The position numbers and the translations under genes were made by a program. A DNA stretch of 42,581 bases, taken from positions 1-42,581 of the forward strand of contig MRSU01003724.1 of assembly GCA_008369845.1 (NCBI GenBank), written 5' to 3'. This DNA is from Trichomonas gallinae (Eukaryota). Positions 30,346-40,889 of the stretch are shown here, piece after piece (within the stretch, counting starts at the first letter, position 1; the number at the start of each line of letters is the position of its first letter). Under the pieces are notes generated by a model. It saw only the letters and a list, made by a program, of their open reading frames with translations. It was not told where the DNA came from and made no database searches.

Positions 30346-33300
30346 ATGGCGGAAAGTTCGGAGCCGAACTTATTCCAGCAGTTATTAGCAAAGATAGATG
30401 CTGTGATTCAGGAGCATCCTGTTACCGCCTACGAAGTTATTGAATCTAAAGTTTACGCACCACAACGCTTTCTTGAGAAATTCGCAAAGAAAAATATGAT
30501 TTTGATGCATAGATTCAGCGCAAACAGAATCACTGGCGCCTTAAAGCTTATATTTAACGCTACAGATGCAATTCTCAAAAAGAAAACGAGTGGATTGCCT
30601 TTCGCAACAGTGAATAAATTATGTATCTATTTTACACTCGGAGCTTCTTGCATTAATAGTCGTCCTATAGTTCCAGGCGAAGAAGTTGCTGACGAAGTGC
30701 TCGGCCGTCAAATTATTGCGCAGTCGAGTATCATTTTCGGAAATGATTTTGATAACTACACGTCTTTTGTCCAGAAATCTTTCAAAAACTTTTTATCCGC
30801 GATTGGTTCCCATAGCTCAAATATATATACGTATTTCTTAAATGCATATCAATCTGATATCGTCGCTGGAGCATCGATAAAGACCATCCAAATCAGCCTC
30901 AAGCCTTGGAAATACATGCCAGCCTCCATTGACCACGTCGTTAACTTCTTAAAGCCAATTGCATCAAATGTTAACCTTATAACGGATAAATATAGAGAGC
31001 CTTTCTGCCAGATGATGACAGCGACCCTGCTATCTGCTTTCCAACGCGATCCCGTCGCATTGTCTGATTTCCTGACCAAAAGAAGTGATATTATGTTAGC
31101 AGCTTCAATTCAGGATCAGATCATGTCATGGAACACGTCCAGTAGCCCGTTCGCGTGGCCAACAATGGCAGCTCTTTCGGTATTACTTCCAAACACTCAG
31201 CTGTCAACAAGCGAAGAAATTCCAAAATTACCTTTCATCAACAAATTCAAAGACATCGCGAATCCTAACAACTCCAATATCAAATTACCGCTCTTTGTCG
31301 CTCAGTCCATTCTCGTCTACTACCACGCTTTCGCCGTTTCTTCAGCACATAAGCTTCTTTTAAGATTCATTCAGCTACAGTTCCCGAATTTTATGAAGAT
31401 CTATTTCAACAACATGACAGAAATGTCAGGCGATTTCGTTAAAGTCCAAAAAGTTTATTATCCCATTGCAATTTTATATAATGCAACAACTTTCTTCACG
31501 AAGGAGGCTCTTCCTCACATCCTACAGCACGACTCATCACCGCAATTTACGATGGCTTCCATAATCAAGCGCTTCTGCAAAATTGCGAGCCCGTTCCCAG
31601 ATTTCTCAAAGAATTTCATTATGTACCTGATTCCTTCTACGCTTGATATCATAAGAAAGCCAATCCCAGACCCAAAGCATCCTTCTCTCCTTCCTCATAT
31701 CATTTCGGGATTCCAGTCCTACCCGCTCTTCATGAGAATGACTATTTTCTCCGACCCAGATGTTTGCAAAGTTCTTTTCAACTACGTCGCTAAGTATCCA
31801 GAAGTCAACCAACAGTTTTCGTACGTCTCATTCTTCAGCACAGAGCTGACAAGCGAAAGTATCCTCGATGAAGTCACCATCCTGATCTACAAGCAGTTCA
31901 TTTCGTTCTTGCTTGAGCGTTACACAACTTTGGGAATGTATAAGCCGGTATATTTTGACTTGCACATTCCTGAGATCATCCATGCGATCTCTGAGTCACT
32001 TCTACAGATCTTCCAGCAGGAGACTGACATCACAGATCATTTGGCAGCGCTTTTAGTTCCACTTTTGTCTGAGCTCGAAACATTTTCGCTGATGTTCTTC
32101 GCTTCTTCGAAGAAGAATTTCATCTCTATCGGCACAAACATCATGTACACACTTGTCGAAATCGTTCACGTGGCCCCAGAGCGTCTTTCCTCGAAGATGC
32201 CTGTCGATGACTACCAGCGCCTTGTCTCAGATGCCCGCGACAAGAAGGACTTCAAGAAGATCCCACCCAGCATCTCCAACATCCTCAAGACGCTGCCAAT
32301 GCCGACACCTGGCATCGACAGGGCGTATAACGCTCTTTTCGACTACTTCATGGCCCTGTGCAAGAAGTTCGACTCTTCTGTCTCGCTCGTCATGCCGACA
32401 GATCACGACATCGACACAAGCGGCATTGACATCAACGCTGAGTTCATTTCAGTCATCTCCATGCTGTTTTCGATTGTTTTCGACCAGACAATTCATCTGT
32501 ACAACCAGATGAAGTTCTTCCTTCAGAACGAGAAGGACATCGGCCAACTCGCTGCCACAGCGATTCCAGTTTGCCTCGCTCCACGCCACTACAACCCTCT
32601 GATGACCATCATCCTCGGCTACTTCAGGCAGTTCGACAACAGAGACGGCACGTTCAACATCTCGCCGAAGAACATCATCTTCCTCAACAACATTCTCAAC
32701 TTGCTGAGAGGTGTCTGCTCACAGGTCATCTACTGGACGCCTGAAATGATCAACCAGTCTATCTTCGGCCAACTCGGCAAAAAGATCGTCTCATTGTGCG
32801 ATGTAACGAATGGTGACTCGTCGAAGCTGATGTGCCTTAAGACACTCATCGCGATGATCAAGCTCGCCAACGAGCGAGGAAAGCCATTCGAGCCAAAGAT
32901 GAGGCACGCTATGTCGAAGACGATTCTCACATGGCTACCGCAGTCGGGTGATGCATCAAAGGACTTCGTCAACATGATCCACGAGGCACTCGCTCTTATT
33001 TTGGATGAACTTTCCCTCATCGAATGCGTCGATATTGAGGATCCGAAAGGCGCTGTCGAGGAGGCAGAGAAGCAATTCATGTTCTACTTCGCCAGTATTA
33101 AGAACAGACTCGAGAAGGAGCCAAATTCTGCGAAGCAGATTATTCCAGTCCTTGCCGCTCTTCTCAAGCAGAACCTTTCCATTGCCATCGGCCACTGTCT
33201 TTCAATGGGCTTCGATAGCAAGGACTCAGTCAGAACTGCTTTCATTGCTTCAGTCGCTGCCGTTTTCAAAGTCCCAGAAATCAGAGTCGTTGGCACTGCA

Positions 33301-36300
33301 GAAGCTGTCACAGAAGAAGTCACACTCATCGACATCCTTTTCTCTGGCAACTTAAAGCTCATCGAAATGATCGGCAACAACATAGAGTACAGCCGTGCAG
33401 AACACTTCGCGAAGGCTTCTCTCGAGGCCGCCGTCATTGCAGGAAGGACATATGAATACTTTGCTAGGATGGTTGAAGTCGAGTTGAAACCTATTGACGA
33501 CAGCAACAAGAACACAATCTTCAGAGGCAACGCCGTGCCAGCTCGTGCTGTCGGCCACTGGCCAAGGTTCGTCGCCATGGACTGGCTCAAGGCTACCCTA
33601 AGACCAATTTTCGATGAAGTTATCTCCAACTGCCAGAATAAAGTCGGATATATCATCAACCCGGCGAAGATTCCAGCCGACCAAAACATCGAAGTCAACA
33701 ACGATAACTTCCGCCAGATTTTAAAGAAGACAGTCCAGGCAATTTTAGATGGACAGTCTTCGATGCCAGACTCTTTGATCTTCGCTGCACAAATCATATT
33801 CGAGAAAGTTTTCGAGAAGGTCGGAGAGTTCGCTTACTCCATCCTTTCATCTTTCCTCTTCTTGAGATTTATTATTCCAGCTTTCTCCGCCACGCAGATG
33901 GTTGGACTTCCACCGCTCCTCCCGGACGCTCCACGCGAAGCTTTATTGCAGATTTCGACAGTTATCATGTCCTCTATTCTCAAGGGCAGGCTTGATGACA
34001 AGGCTGCATATTTGGCCCCATACAACGATATCGCAAAGTGGACTCAGGATTCTGTCAACTCAATGTTCCGCGGCTTAGTCCTCAAGCAAGTTTCTCATGA
34101 ACCTCCGAAGCTCGACATCGATGAGGCGCAGACTATTGCTAACATACACGCCGAAGTATGGCCTGTCTTGAAGAACCTCACACCACAGATTGAAGGCCTC
34201 GAAGCAGGCTCTGAAGAGCAGATCAACGCAAAGAGGTTTATCACTAAAGTCAGAGCAATGGGCCAGCCATCCAATCTCTCGAAGAAGAAGATTACATCGG
34301 AGCAAAGTGTCGCAGGCTACGACGAGCTCATGAACATGACATTCCCACCAGATCAAGAGCAGCAGCTCCAAGAAGCAATTTACAGAGATGAAAAGCAGTC
34401 GCCAGATGGCTGCGGAATTATTTACATTCACTTCTCAAAGCTTTCTTGCGTCAGAGACCCAAGAATCGTGGCTCGGCTTCTTTTCAAGGCTCTTAGACCA
34501 GACGACACGCAGCAGGCATACGTCTGTCTCATTCTCCCAGGCTTCGACCCAAGCAGGATCCCAAACACGACGATGATCCAGACATACATGACTATGCCTC
34601 CAGCGAAGCTGATCAAGCAGTACCTCATCTTAGAAGCTCCAAACGAGTTCGCTGTGTTTGTTAAAGAGAACCCAAACATCTTCAACAAGCCGCAACGCTT
34701 TGAAGTCATCGATTCCCTTTCAAAGCTCACAAGAATTCTCGGCCCAGTCCCGGCATCAATCCCAGCGACAACAATCGAGTCATTCACAGAGCCGCAGGCT
34801 ATCTACTCAGTGACTCTCAACGGCGACTCCACAAAGATCAGACTTCACGAGCACTCATTACAATTGATCGGCGACGTCGTCGACATCTGCGGTCAGTCAT
34901 TTACACCCCTCAGAGTCATCATGGCTGACCAGATCAAGGACTTCGAGCGCTCTTATATCACAAGGACGCCTGGCGATGAATTCAACCTGACGATCACGAT
35001 GAAGAGTGGCATCGTTTACTCAATGCGTGTCCCAGTCAACTCTCCGATGTATGACGCTGCTTATCAGTTAACGCTTAGAAGCCGTACGATCATGAATGCA
35101 ATCCAGTCTGTCGATGTCAACACGTCTACACTCCACTGGATGATGCTCAACCTCGCTTTTATCAACATCATCGCCCCAGAATCTTCTATTTCGCTGAAGA
35201 AAGCTGCAATCGATTTGATCTATGCCGTATTCGTGTCTTTCACCTTCAATCATCAGTTCAAGGTTGAGAAAATCCAGTCCGAACTTCTCCCATACAACCT
35301 CAGTGGCTACGTGCACGACCTTTCAACAGACCTTGCGAACTCGAACAAGGAGAATGTCAACGACTTCATGAATGAATTCTTCAACGCAGCGAAGTATGTC
35401 AAAGGTAAATCTCTCCCAACGATTTTCTTCTTCTTAGTCCCATGGATTGAGATTTTCGCCAGACAGCCCAGCATCCCGAAGGAGATCGTCGAGAAATTCA
35501 TCGACATGGTCCTCGCATCCAAGAGCTCAGACTCGGTCTGCTTCCCTGAGTACGTCTGGCCAGCTTTAGTCCAGAACGAGAAGATTGTCGAAATGATCAT
35601 CAACATCATCTTCGAGCGCAACGACTCACAGTTAATCGAGATAGCTGCTCAGCTCGCTGTTCTTAAGCCAACTCTTACGTCCAGCCTTATGGCCGATAAA
35701 TTTGCTGCTGTCATCAATGGAAAGGACGATTCTCACATCGAGTTTATTAGCGGCGTCATGACAACGATGATTTCACTCCACGTCTTTGACTTCGATAATG
35801 TCGGCGCACAGCTCCTTTATAACTGTCTCCAAGCGAGAATCGCATTCCCGAACAAGACAGTTGTTAGACTGCCACCAATCCTGATGAACGCCCTGCACGA
35901 ACTGTTCAGACGCTCAGGCAGCGGAATTGAGTTTGACCACACATTCATCGTCTCATCCTTCTGCACATATGATGGAGCCAATGAGTACATTGACGGAACC
36001 GGTGGTTACAGGTGGTGTGCAGCAGCCAGAGCAGTAGGCGAAGTCATCGCACGCGCAGTCAACAACTTCCCATCCAAGAAGTTGAAGGAGAGCTTGTTTA
36101 ACATCTTCGAGAAAGACTCGCTCGATCCAAGCAACCCTCTCCTTTGCGCCCAGGGCATAATCTACTCTGCGCCATTTGCTTCAGATCCTGCTGCTTATGC
36201 AAACAACCTTGTCCAGAAGTTGCGCGAATGCGATCCAATCCACGTCACTCCTCTAATTTTAGCTCTTTCATTAATAGAAATGACTCCGGAGCTTGCTGGT

Positions 36301-36975
36301 AAGCTATACTTCATCGGTGTCGCGCTCGGTGCACGCTACAACTCCCCAGCATGCGGCGATCTTGTTATTTCCGCCCTTAAGCAGTATTCTGATCTAACCG
36401 GATCCACGAGCGGCATTACAAGATACATGCACAGCACATTAGTAGAGTACCTCGAAACATGCACTGCCCTTCCTCTGCAGAAACAGCCTGCTTTCTCCGC
36501 GATCGCAATGGCCGCTTGCTACTCTAAAGGCGGCCTCGCACAGATTTTGGAGAAGCTCTCGAAGCTGAAGACAGATGAGCCAGTCGCTACAGCTTTCAGT
36601 GTCCTGAGGGATGAGTCACTCTCGAATGAGCTCGCCAAGGCTGACTATGGTGAAAACTTGGCAAACTTATCTGCCATCTTAATGATCATGCTTAGAACAC
36701 GAGTTCCAACTACACTCATCGAATTCACGATCAACCTCTTCACGGAACAACCCAACGGTCTCGGTGCCTTCGATGCGATTGGCACAAAGTTTGGCAGACA
36801 GATCTTCGAGGTCGTCAACGACGCTAGATTCACTGGCCTCCTTCTCAGGAATGCCAGAGTCAAGAATGAGGACTACAAACTTACTTCAATATTATATCCG
36901 ATCTTCATAGATATGCCAATGGTCACAATATCGAAGGAGCAGTCCGATCACCTCGTATATAACGTATTCACATAA
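30346..36975 (+). CDS. Large neurofibromin-like RasGAP
   Basis: TIFRGN arginine finger, SFLFLRFIIPAF RasGAP signature, flanking helical-repeat regions; 2209 aa with no interruption. Confidence 0.9.
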   Translation: MAESSEPNLFQQLLAKIDAVIQEHPVTAYEVIESKVYAPQRFLEKFAKKNMILMHRFSANRITGALKLIFNATDAILKKKTSGLPFATVNKLCIYFTLGASCINSRPIVPGEEVADEVLGRQIIAQSSIIFGNDFDNYTSFVQKSFKNFLSAIGSHSSNIYTYFLNAYQSDIVAGASIKTIQISLKPWKYMPASIDHVVNFLKPIASNVNLITDKYREPFCQMMTATLLSAFQRDPVALSDFLTKRSDIMLAASIQDQIMSWNTSSSPFAWPTMAALSVLLPNTQLSTSEEIPKLPFINKFKDIANPNNSNIKLPLFVAQSILVYYHAFAVSSAHKLLLRFIQLQFPNFMKIYFNNMTEMSGDFVKVQKVYYPIAILYNATTFFTKEALPHILQHDSSPQFTMASIIKRFCKIASPFPDFSKNFIMYLIPSTLDIIRKPIPDPKHPSLLPHIISGFQSYPLFMRMTIFSDPDVCKVLFNYVAKYPEVNQQFSYVSFFSTELTSESILDEVTILIYKQFISFLLERYTTLGMYKPVYFDLHIPEIIHAISESLLQIFQQETDITDHLAALLVPLLSELETFSLMFFASSKKNFISIGTNIMYTLVEIVHVAPERLSSKMPVDDYQRLVSDARDKKDFKKIPPSISNILKTLPMPTPGIDRAYNALFDYFMALCKKFDSSVSLVMPTDHDIDTSGIDINAEFISVISMLFSIVFDQTIHLYNQMKFFLQNEKDIGQLAATAIPVCLAPRHYNPLMTIILGYFRQFDNRDGTFNISPKNIIFLNNILNLLRGVCSQVIYWTPEMINQSIFGQLGKKIVSLCDVTNGDSSKLMCLKTLIAMIKLANERGKPFEPKMRHAMSKTILTWLPQSGDASKDFVNMIHEALALILDELSLIECVDIEDPKGAVEEAEKQFMFYFASIKNRLEKEPNSAKQIIPVLAALLKQNLSIAIGHCLSMGFDSKDSVRTAFIASVAAVFKVPEIRVVGTAEAVTEEVTLIDILFSGNLKLIEMIGNNIEYSRAEHFAKASLEAAVIAGRTYEYFARMVEVELKPIDDSNKNTIFRGNAVPARAVGHWPRFVAMDWLKATLRPIFDEVISNCQNKVGYIINPAKIPADQNIEVNNDNFRQILKKTVQAILDGQSSMPDSLIFAAQIIFEKVFEKVGEFAYSILSSFLFLRFIIPAFSATQMVGLPPLLPDAPREALLQISTVIMSSILKGRLDDKAAYLAPYNDIAKWTQDSVNSMFRGLVLKQVSHEPPKLDIDEAQTIANIHAEVWPVLKNLTPQIEGLEAGSEEQINAKRFITKVRAMGQPSNLSKKKITSEQSVAGYDELMNMTFPPDQEQQLQEAIYRDEKQSPDGCGIIYIHFSKLSCVRDPRIVARLLFKALRPDDTQQAYVCLILPGFDPSRIPNTTMIQTYMTMPPAKLIKQYLILEAPNEFAVFVKENPNIFNKPQRFEVIDSLSKLTRILGPVPASIPATTIESFTEPQAIYSVTLNGDSTKIRLHEHSLQLIGDVVDICGQSFTPLRVIMADQIKDFERSYITRTPGDEFNLTITMKSGIVYSMRVPVNSPMYDAAYQLTLRSRTIMNAIQSVDVNTSTLHWMMLNLAFINIIAPESSISLKKAAIDLIYAVFVSFTFNHQFKVEKIQSELLPYNLSGYVHDLSTDLANSNKENVNDFMNEFFNAAKYVKGKSLPTIFFFLVPWIEIFARQPSIPKEIVEKFIDMVLASKSSDSVCFPEYVWPALVQNEKIVEMIINIIFERNDSQLIEIAAQLAVLKPTLTSSLMADKFAAVINGKDDSHIEFISGVMTTMISLHVFDFDNVGAQLLYNCLQARIAFPNKTVVRLPPILMNALHELFRRSGSGIEFDHTFIVSSFCTYDGANEYIDGTGGYRWCAAARAVGEVIARAVNNFPSKKLKESLFNIFEKDSLDPSNPLLCAQGIIYSAPFASDPAAYANNLVQKLRECDPIHVTPLILALSLIEMTPELAGKLYFIGVALGARYNSPACGDLVISALKQYSDLTGSTSGITRYMHSTLVEYLETCTALPLQKQPAFSAIAMAACYSKGGLAQILEKLSKLKTDEPVATAFSVLRDESLSNELAKADYGENLANLSAILMIMLRTRVPTTLIEFTINLFTEQPNGLGAFDAIGTKFGRQIFEVVNDARFTGLLLRNARVKNEDYKLTSILYPIFIDMPMVTISKEQSDHLVYNVFT

Positions 36976-37408
36976 TTTATATTTCTATATTGTAAAACCT
37001 AATTCTTTTAATTTTAATTCATGCATTTTTTTAGACTTGCACCATTTTGAAACATTTTTTTCAAATGATTTCAGGTATACTTTCGTCTGTTATGGCATCG
37101 ATTGTGCTATGCAAAAGATAAAATATCCAATCGATCAAGTAATTGATTTTCGTGTAGTATTCATTGTCTTAATATCAGTATTGCATCTAGAAGCTTCTTT
37201 TTCGCTGTTTGTCATTATAAAATAATCTGACCATCTTCTTTTGTAGTGATTTTACGGCATAAACCAATTGAGCTAAAAGTGGATGTGGCCAATATTCTTA
37301 TGCGACCTTAAACGGCCGGTTCCCAAAACAGAAATAAATCGACCATTCATTATTTTACGTAGATAAAATAATAAAAACAGGAATTACATAAAAATATATG
37401 AGTTTATT

Positions 37409-37837
37409 TTACTGGTTGTAGTGGGCACCGCCAGCCTTGAAGAGTCTAGCGTTGATGTCCTCCATGTTGAGCTCGTCTGGTGTAGAGGCATCGACGGAGA
37501 TAGAGACCTGCTGGATGACGCGAAGGATGTCAGCCTTGTGGACTGTAAGCTTTGTGCGGTGGATGAGTCTGACCTTTTCTCCGCAGTATGTGATGAAGAC
37601 GAACTTGGAGCGGACGGAGAGTTCATCACCTGTTGTGCAGCGGAGGTAGCCGAAACCACGGAAGTTCTCGTTGAGGTGCTCCTTCATCTCATCGAGGCCG
37701 CCAGAGCCCTTAGCTGTGAGAGCGAAAACTTTGTCTGAGCCCTCAGCGTATGTGCAGAGGAGCCAGTTTGTGTCGACGGAATCCTTACGGACTTCCTCGT
37801 ATGCCTCGCGGATTGCTGGATCGGAGCAGTCGGCCAT
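37409..37837 (-). CDS. Coactosin-like ADF-H actin-binding protein
   Basis: AYEEVRKD...NWLLCTY...GSGGLDEM...FGYLR...GDELSVRSKFVFITY...KAGGAHY; ATG 37837. Confidence 0.95.
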   Translation of the reverse strand: MADCSDPAIREAYEEVRKDSVDTNWLLCTYAEGSDKVFALTAKGSGGLDEMKEHLNENFRGFGYLRCTTGDELSVRSKFVFITYCGEKVRLIHRTKLTVHKADILRVIQQVSISVDASTPDELNMEDINARLFKAGGAHYNQ

Positions 37838-39171
37838 TTGTGATTGTGAGGTAAAAATGTAAATCGGACAAATCAAGCAGGAAATTAAACGCTTTTTGTG
37901 AAAGATATCGTCCCGTTTTGTGAGGGATTTTATTTTTTATTCCTTGCAAAAATATTGTTTTCACTGAATGTATTCGTTTTCGAAAAAAAATTAGTTTTTA
38001 TTTTAGAAAAAACATTTCGATCAGTTGACACAGGTATTTAATTCCGATGAGGTTTTGTTATTTGGTTTTGAGAGGTCTCAATCACTAAAAAGTGTCAGTA
38101 TTCTTTACATTGGCATTGTTTTATCAGATTTCCCCGTGAATGGTTTATGCGCTTGAGAATGATACAGTGAAGAGTGGAGAGTGAGATGGAATGGTTTTGT
38201 GTTGCCAATTTAGAAGAAACAGCATAATTTACGAGATATTATATGATTCATGGAGCGAATCGAATTATTTTATTAGAGTTCATCCCGTTGTATAAACAGA
38301 ATTGCAAATATATGAAGAATTTGAAATATAATTTCATTGGCCATATCATTCATTGGTTTTTAAATGGTTTTAGTGTATAAATATTGATCAGATGGTAGTG
38401 TTTAGTGTTTTGACGTTTTTTTCGGACAGTTTTTATCATTGTTTTATTTTATTATTTCATTGTTTTATTCTTTATTTTATATATCATGAGCGTTATTAAA
38501 TAACGACAAAAGTAAACTTGTTTTTGTTTAAATCGTAAAATAAATTATGAAATGTAATCTCAATGAATAAAAACTCTCATATCAATGAGTTGAAGTTTAA
38601 ATATCATCTATTTTAAAATATGGCGCGCCATTTTTCAATATTTATAATCGATATCAACGAAAATTTATCAATTCGTTACAGTTAATCAGCTCTTAGAAGA
38701 ATTTGTACTACTCTGATGATAATTCTTGGTCACTGTGGCTTTTCTTTTGATTGTGACGAAAATCATTTCATTCGCTACCAATTACGCGATTTTGAGTACA
38801 TAGAACAGAAAATAATGGAGCTTGTGAAAGTAAACTACAAAGCATTCGACTGCAACAGCCCAACTGTTGATATGGTGAATTTATGCTTCGAAAAAGCAGT
38901 AGAGTTGCATGAGATATCATCAATATTCCTTTTAATCCATGTATTTGCCTCTATTTTCTTCCCACAGATCCTCAAATCAGCGTACTCATAAACTGCATAT
39001 TTTTTGACAGCGAAAAAAAATCCTAGCATTGATGCTCTGGCTCGGCAAAGGAGATGCACCCACTGGCAAAGAACATTTTGAGGGGATAGCAATGTTCACG
39101 AAGCCGCTCTCGACTGCATTGTTGACTCTGTAAGAGACAACAGCAGTGAGATAATAATAAATAAAAAGTGT

Positions 39172-40854
39172 TTACTTTGAGTTGAACTTGGCAAGTCTTT
39201 CGTCTAATTCTTCTGGCGGGCAGTCAATTTCAGTTACAGCTTCAGGACCATTATTGTAGTAAAGCATTGGGGGTCTCGTTGTTGTGACTATGCCGTATTT
39301 GTCTTTTTGTATGAATCTGAAGCGCGTGATTTGCTCCTCCCTTATTATTTTTTGGAAGTTGTGGATCTTGCAGACGGCTAAGCCATCTAGCGGAATTGGG
39401 ATTTTGTAGCTGTCGTTTTTGAAAATAGTTGTTATCTGGTTTGCGACGATTTTGACAATTCTGTATGCAGCTAAATAATAATTTTCTAAATTTTGTTCTT
39501 CAGAAAGATTTTTGTCGTAAAAATCGAACTTTTTGATTAAATCTATTTCTGTTTTTATGTTTTTTGTTGCTTCTTTTACTATTTCCCTCGGGATGCAGCT
39601 TGAAATAGGGATCGGAGTGAAGGATAAGTCTTCGTTCTCTAAGTAAAATATTTGGTAAACATTGAAATTTTTCGGTATCGAGATTGATTTTGTGCTCTTT
39701 CCAACAGGATAAAACGATGGTATTGCTGGGAGTGTTGCTTCCTCTGGTAAATACATCTGATTTTCTTCCTTTTTGAACGAATCGTTCAAACTGTAGAACG
39801 GGGATGATATCTTGAAATGATTTAGTCGCTTGTAGAAGGTGTCTGAGATGTACAAGTAGGCTGTCGAGAACCTTCCGAAGTCCATGCTTTCTCGCTGATA
39901 GAAGTTGAGCGGTGCTTGAACTGTTGACATATCAGTGTAGATGTGTGCAATCTGGCTCATGTCGCCGTTAAAGAAAACCAGCTCACAGCCGAAGCGTGAA
40001 TTCACTTGATAGATGTATGAGACCAGGTGGTAAAATGTTTCGCCTATTTCGAGAATGCGCTGCGCATTTTTGCCGCTAAATGTTGTGTCTCCATGTATTA
40101 GAATGGCATCTGTGTTAAAGTTTTCCATTCCATGATTTTTTCGAGCTTTTGTCAAGATTTCAAAAGGCTGGCCAATGGTTGTGGTAAAGGTGATACCTGT
40201 TTCTTCTTCAAAACACTTCGCAATTTCATTGAAAAGCTGAATCCTGTTTACGCTTCTATCTTTGTTGTCTTCCTTTGTTTTGTAGAAATCCTGATAATTA
40301 GTTATAGAATATGCATTTAGAGGAGAAAACCACTTGATAATATCGGAATAATCAACGGAATCGCCGTTTTGTAATCTTCGAAGGAAGCAAATTAATTTGA
40401 AATTTGGATCGTAGTATTTTAATGGCGGAATTAAAGGTAGAAATGCTGCAGTAACTGACTGTAGCCATGTCAGCTCGTCTGTTACTGTATATGGAACAAA
40501 AGGTAAGATTTCAATTTTAATTGTTAAACCTGATCGAATATTCTTGATTGTATGTCGTTCTCCAAGTTTTAATTTCACGACATCTATCTCTTGTTGGTTA
40601 AAACAAAGCTTATCGAAAGTTTTTGTAATTCGAATATTTATAAAATCATCTGAATTTAAGATAAATGAAGGGTACGACTTAATTTTTGTGAGCTGCAGCG
40701 ATGCATCTGTATTTGAAGAATCTTCATCATGAATAATAAATTTCAACTTTATATAAGAACCAAATTCATCACCTCCAAACTTTATGTACTTCCTTGTAAT
40801 GGTCTCATCAATTTTAAACTCGTCGATAAAAAGTTTGGAAAAGGCATCATTCAT
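39172..40854 (-). CDS. Hypothetical protein (560 aa)
   Basis: Long uninterrupted ORF with globular-type composition; no family recognised. Confidence 0.85.
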   Translation of the reverse strand: MNDAFSKLFIDEFKIDETITRKYIKFGGDEFGSYIKLKFIIHDEDSSNTDASLQLTKIKSYPSFILNSDDFINIRITKTFDKLCFNQQEIDVVKLKLGERHTIKNIRSGLTIKIEILPFVPYTVTDELTWLQSVTAAFLPLIPPLKYYDPNFKLICFLRRLQNGDSVDYSDIIKWFSPLNAYSITNYQDFYKTKEDNKDRSVNRIQLFNEIAKCFEEETGITFTTTIGQPFEILTKARKNHGMENFNTDAILIHGDTTFSGKNAQRILEIGETFYHLVSYIYQVNSRFGCELVFFNGDMSQIAHIYTDMSTVQAPLNFYQRESMDFGRFSTAYLYISDTFYKRLNHFKISSPFYSLNDSFKKEENQMYLPEEATLPAIPSFYPVGKSTKSISIPKNFNVYQIFYLENEDLSFTPIPISSCIPREIVKEATKNIKTEIDLIKKFDFYDKNLSEEQNLENYYLAAYRIVKIVANQITTIFKNDSYKIPIPLDGLAVCKIHNFQKIIREEQITRFRFIQKDKYGIVTTTRPPMLYYNNGPEAVTEIDCPPEELDERLAKFNSK

Positions 40855-40889
40855 TATTTACAATAACAACAATAAAAAAAAAATAAAAA

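Noticed and set aside
30849..37862. Many overlapping or antisense ORFs inside the RasGAP and coactosin genes (likewise in BspA and IscS)
   Set aside because: Explained by the codon bias of the real genes.
38716..39150. 91-aa plus-strand ORF and downstream GC-richer fragment
   Set aside because: Possibly a gene remnant, but I recognise no family, so it is not called.
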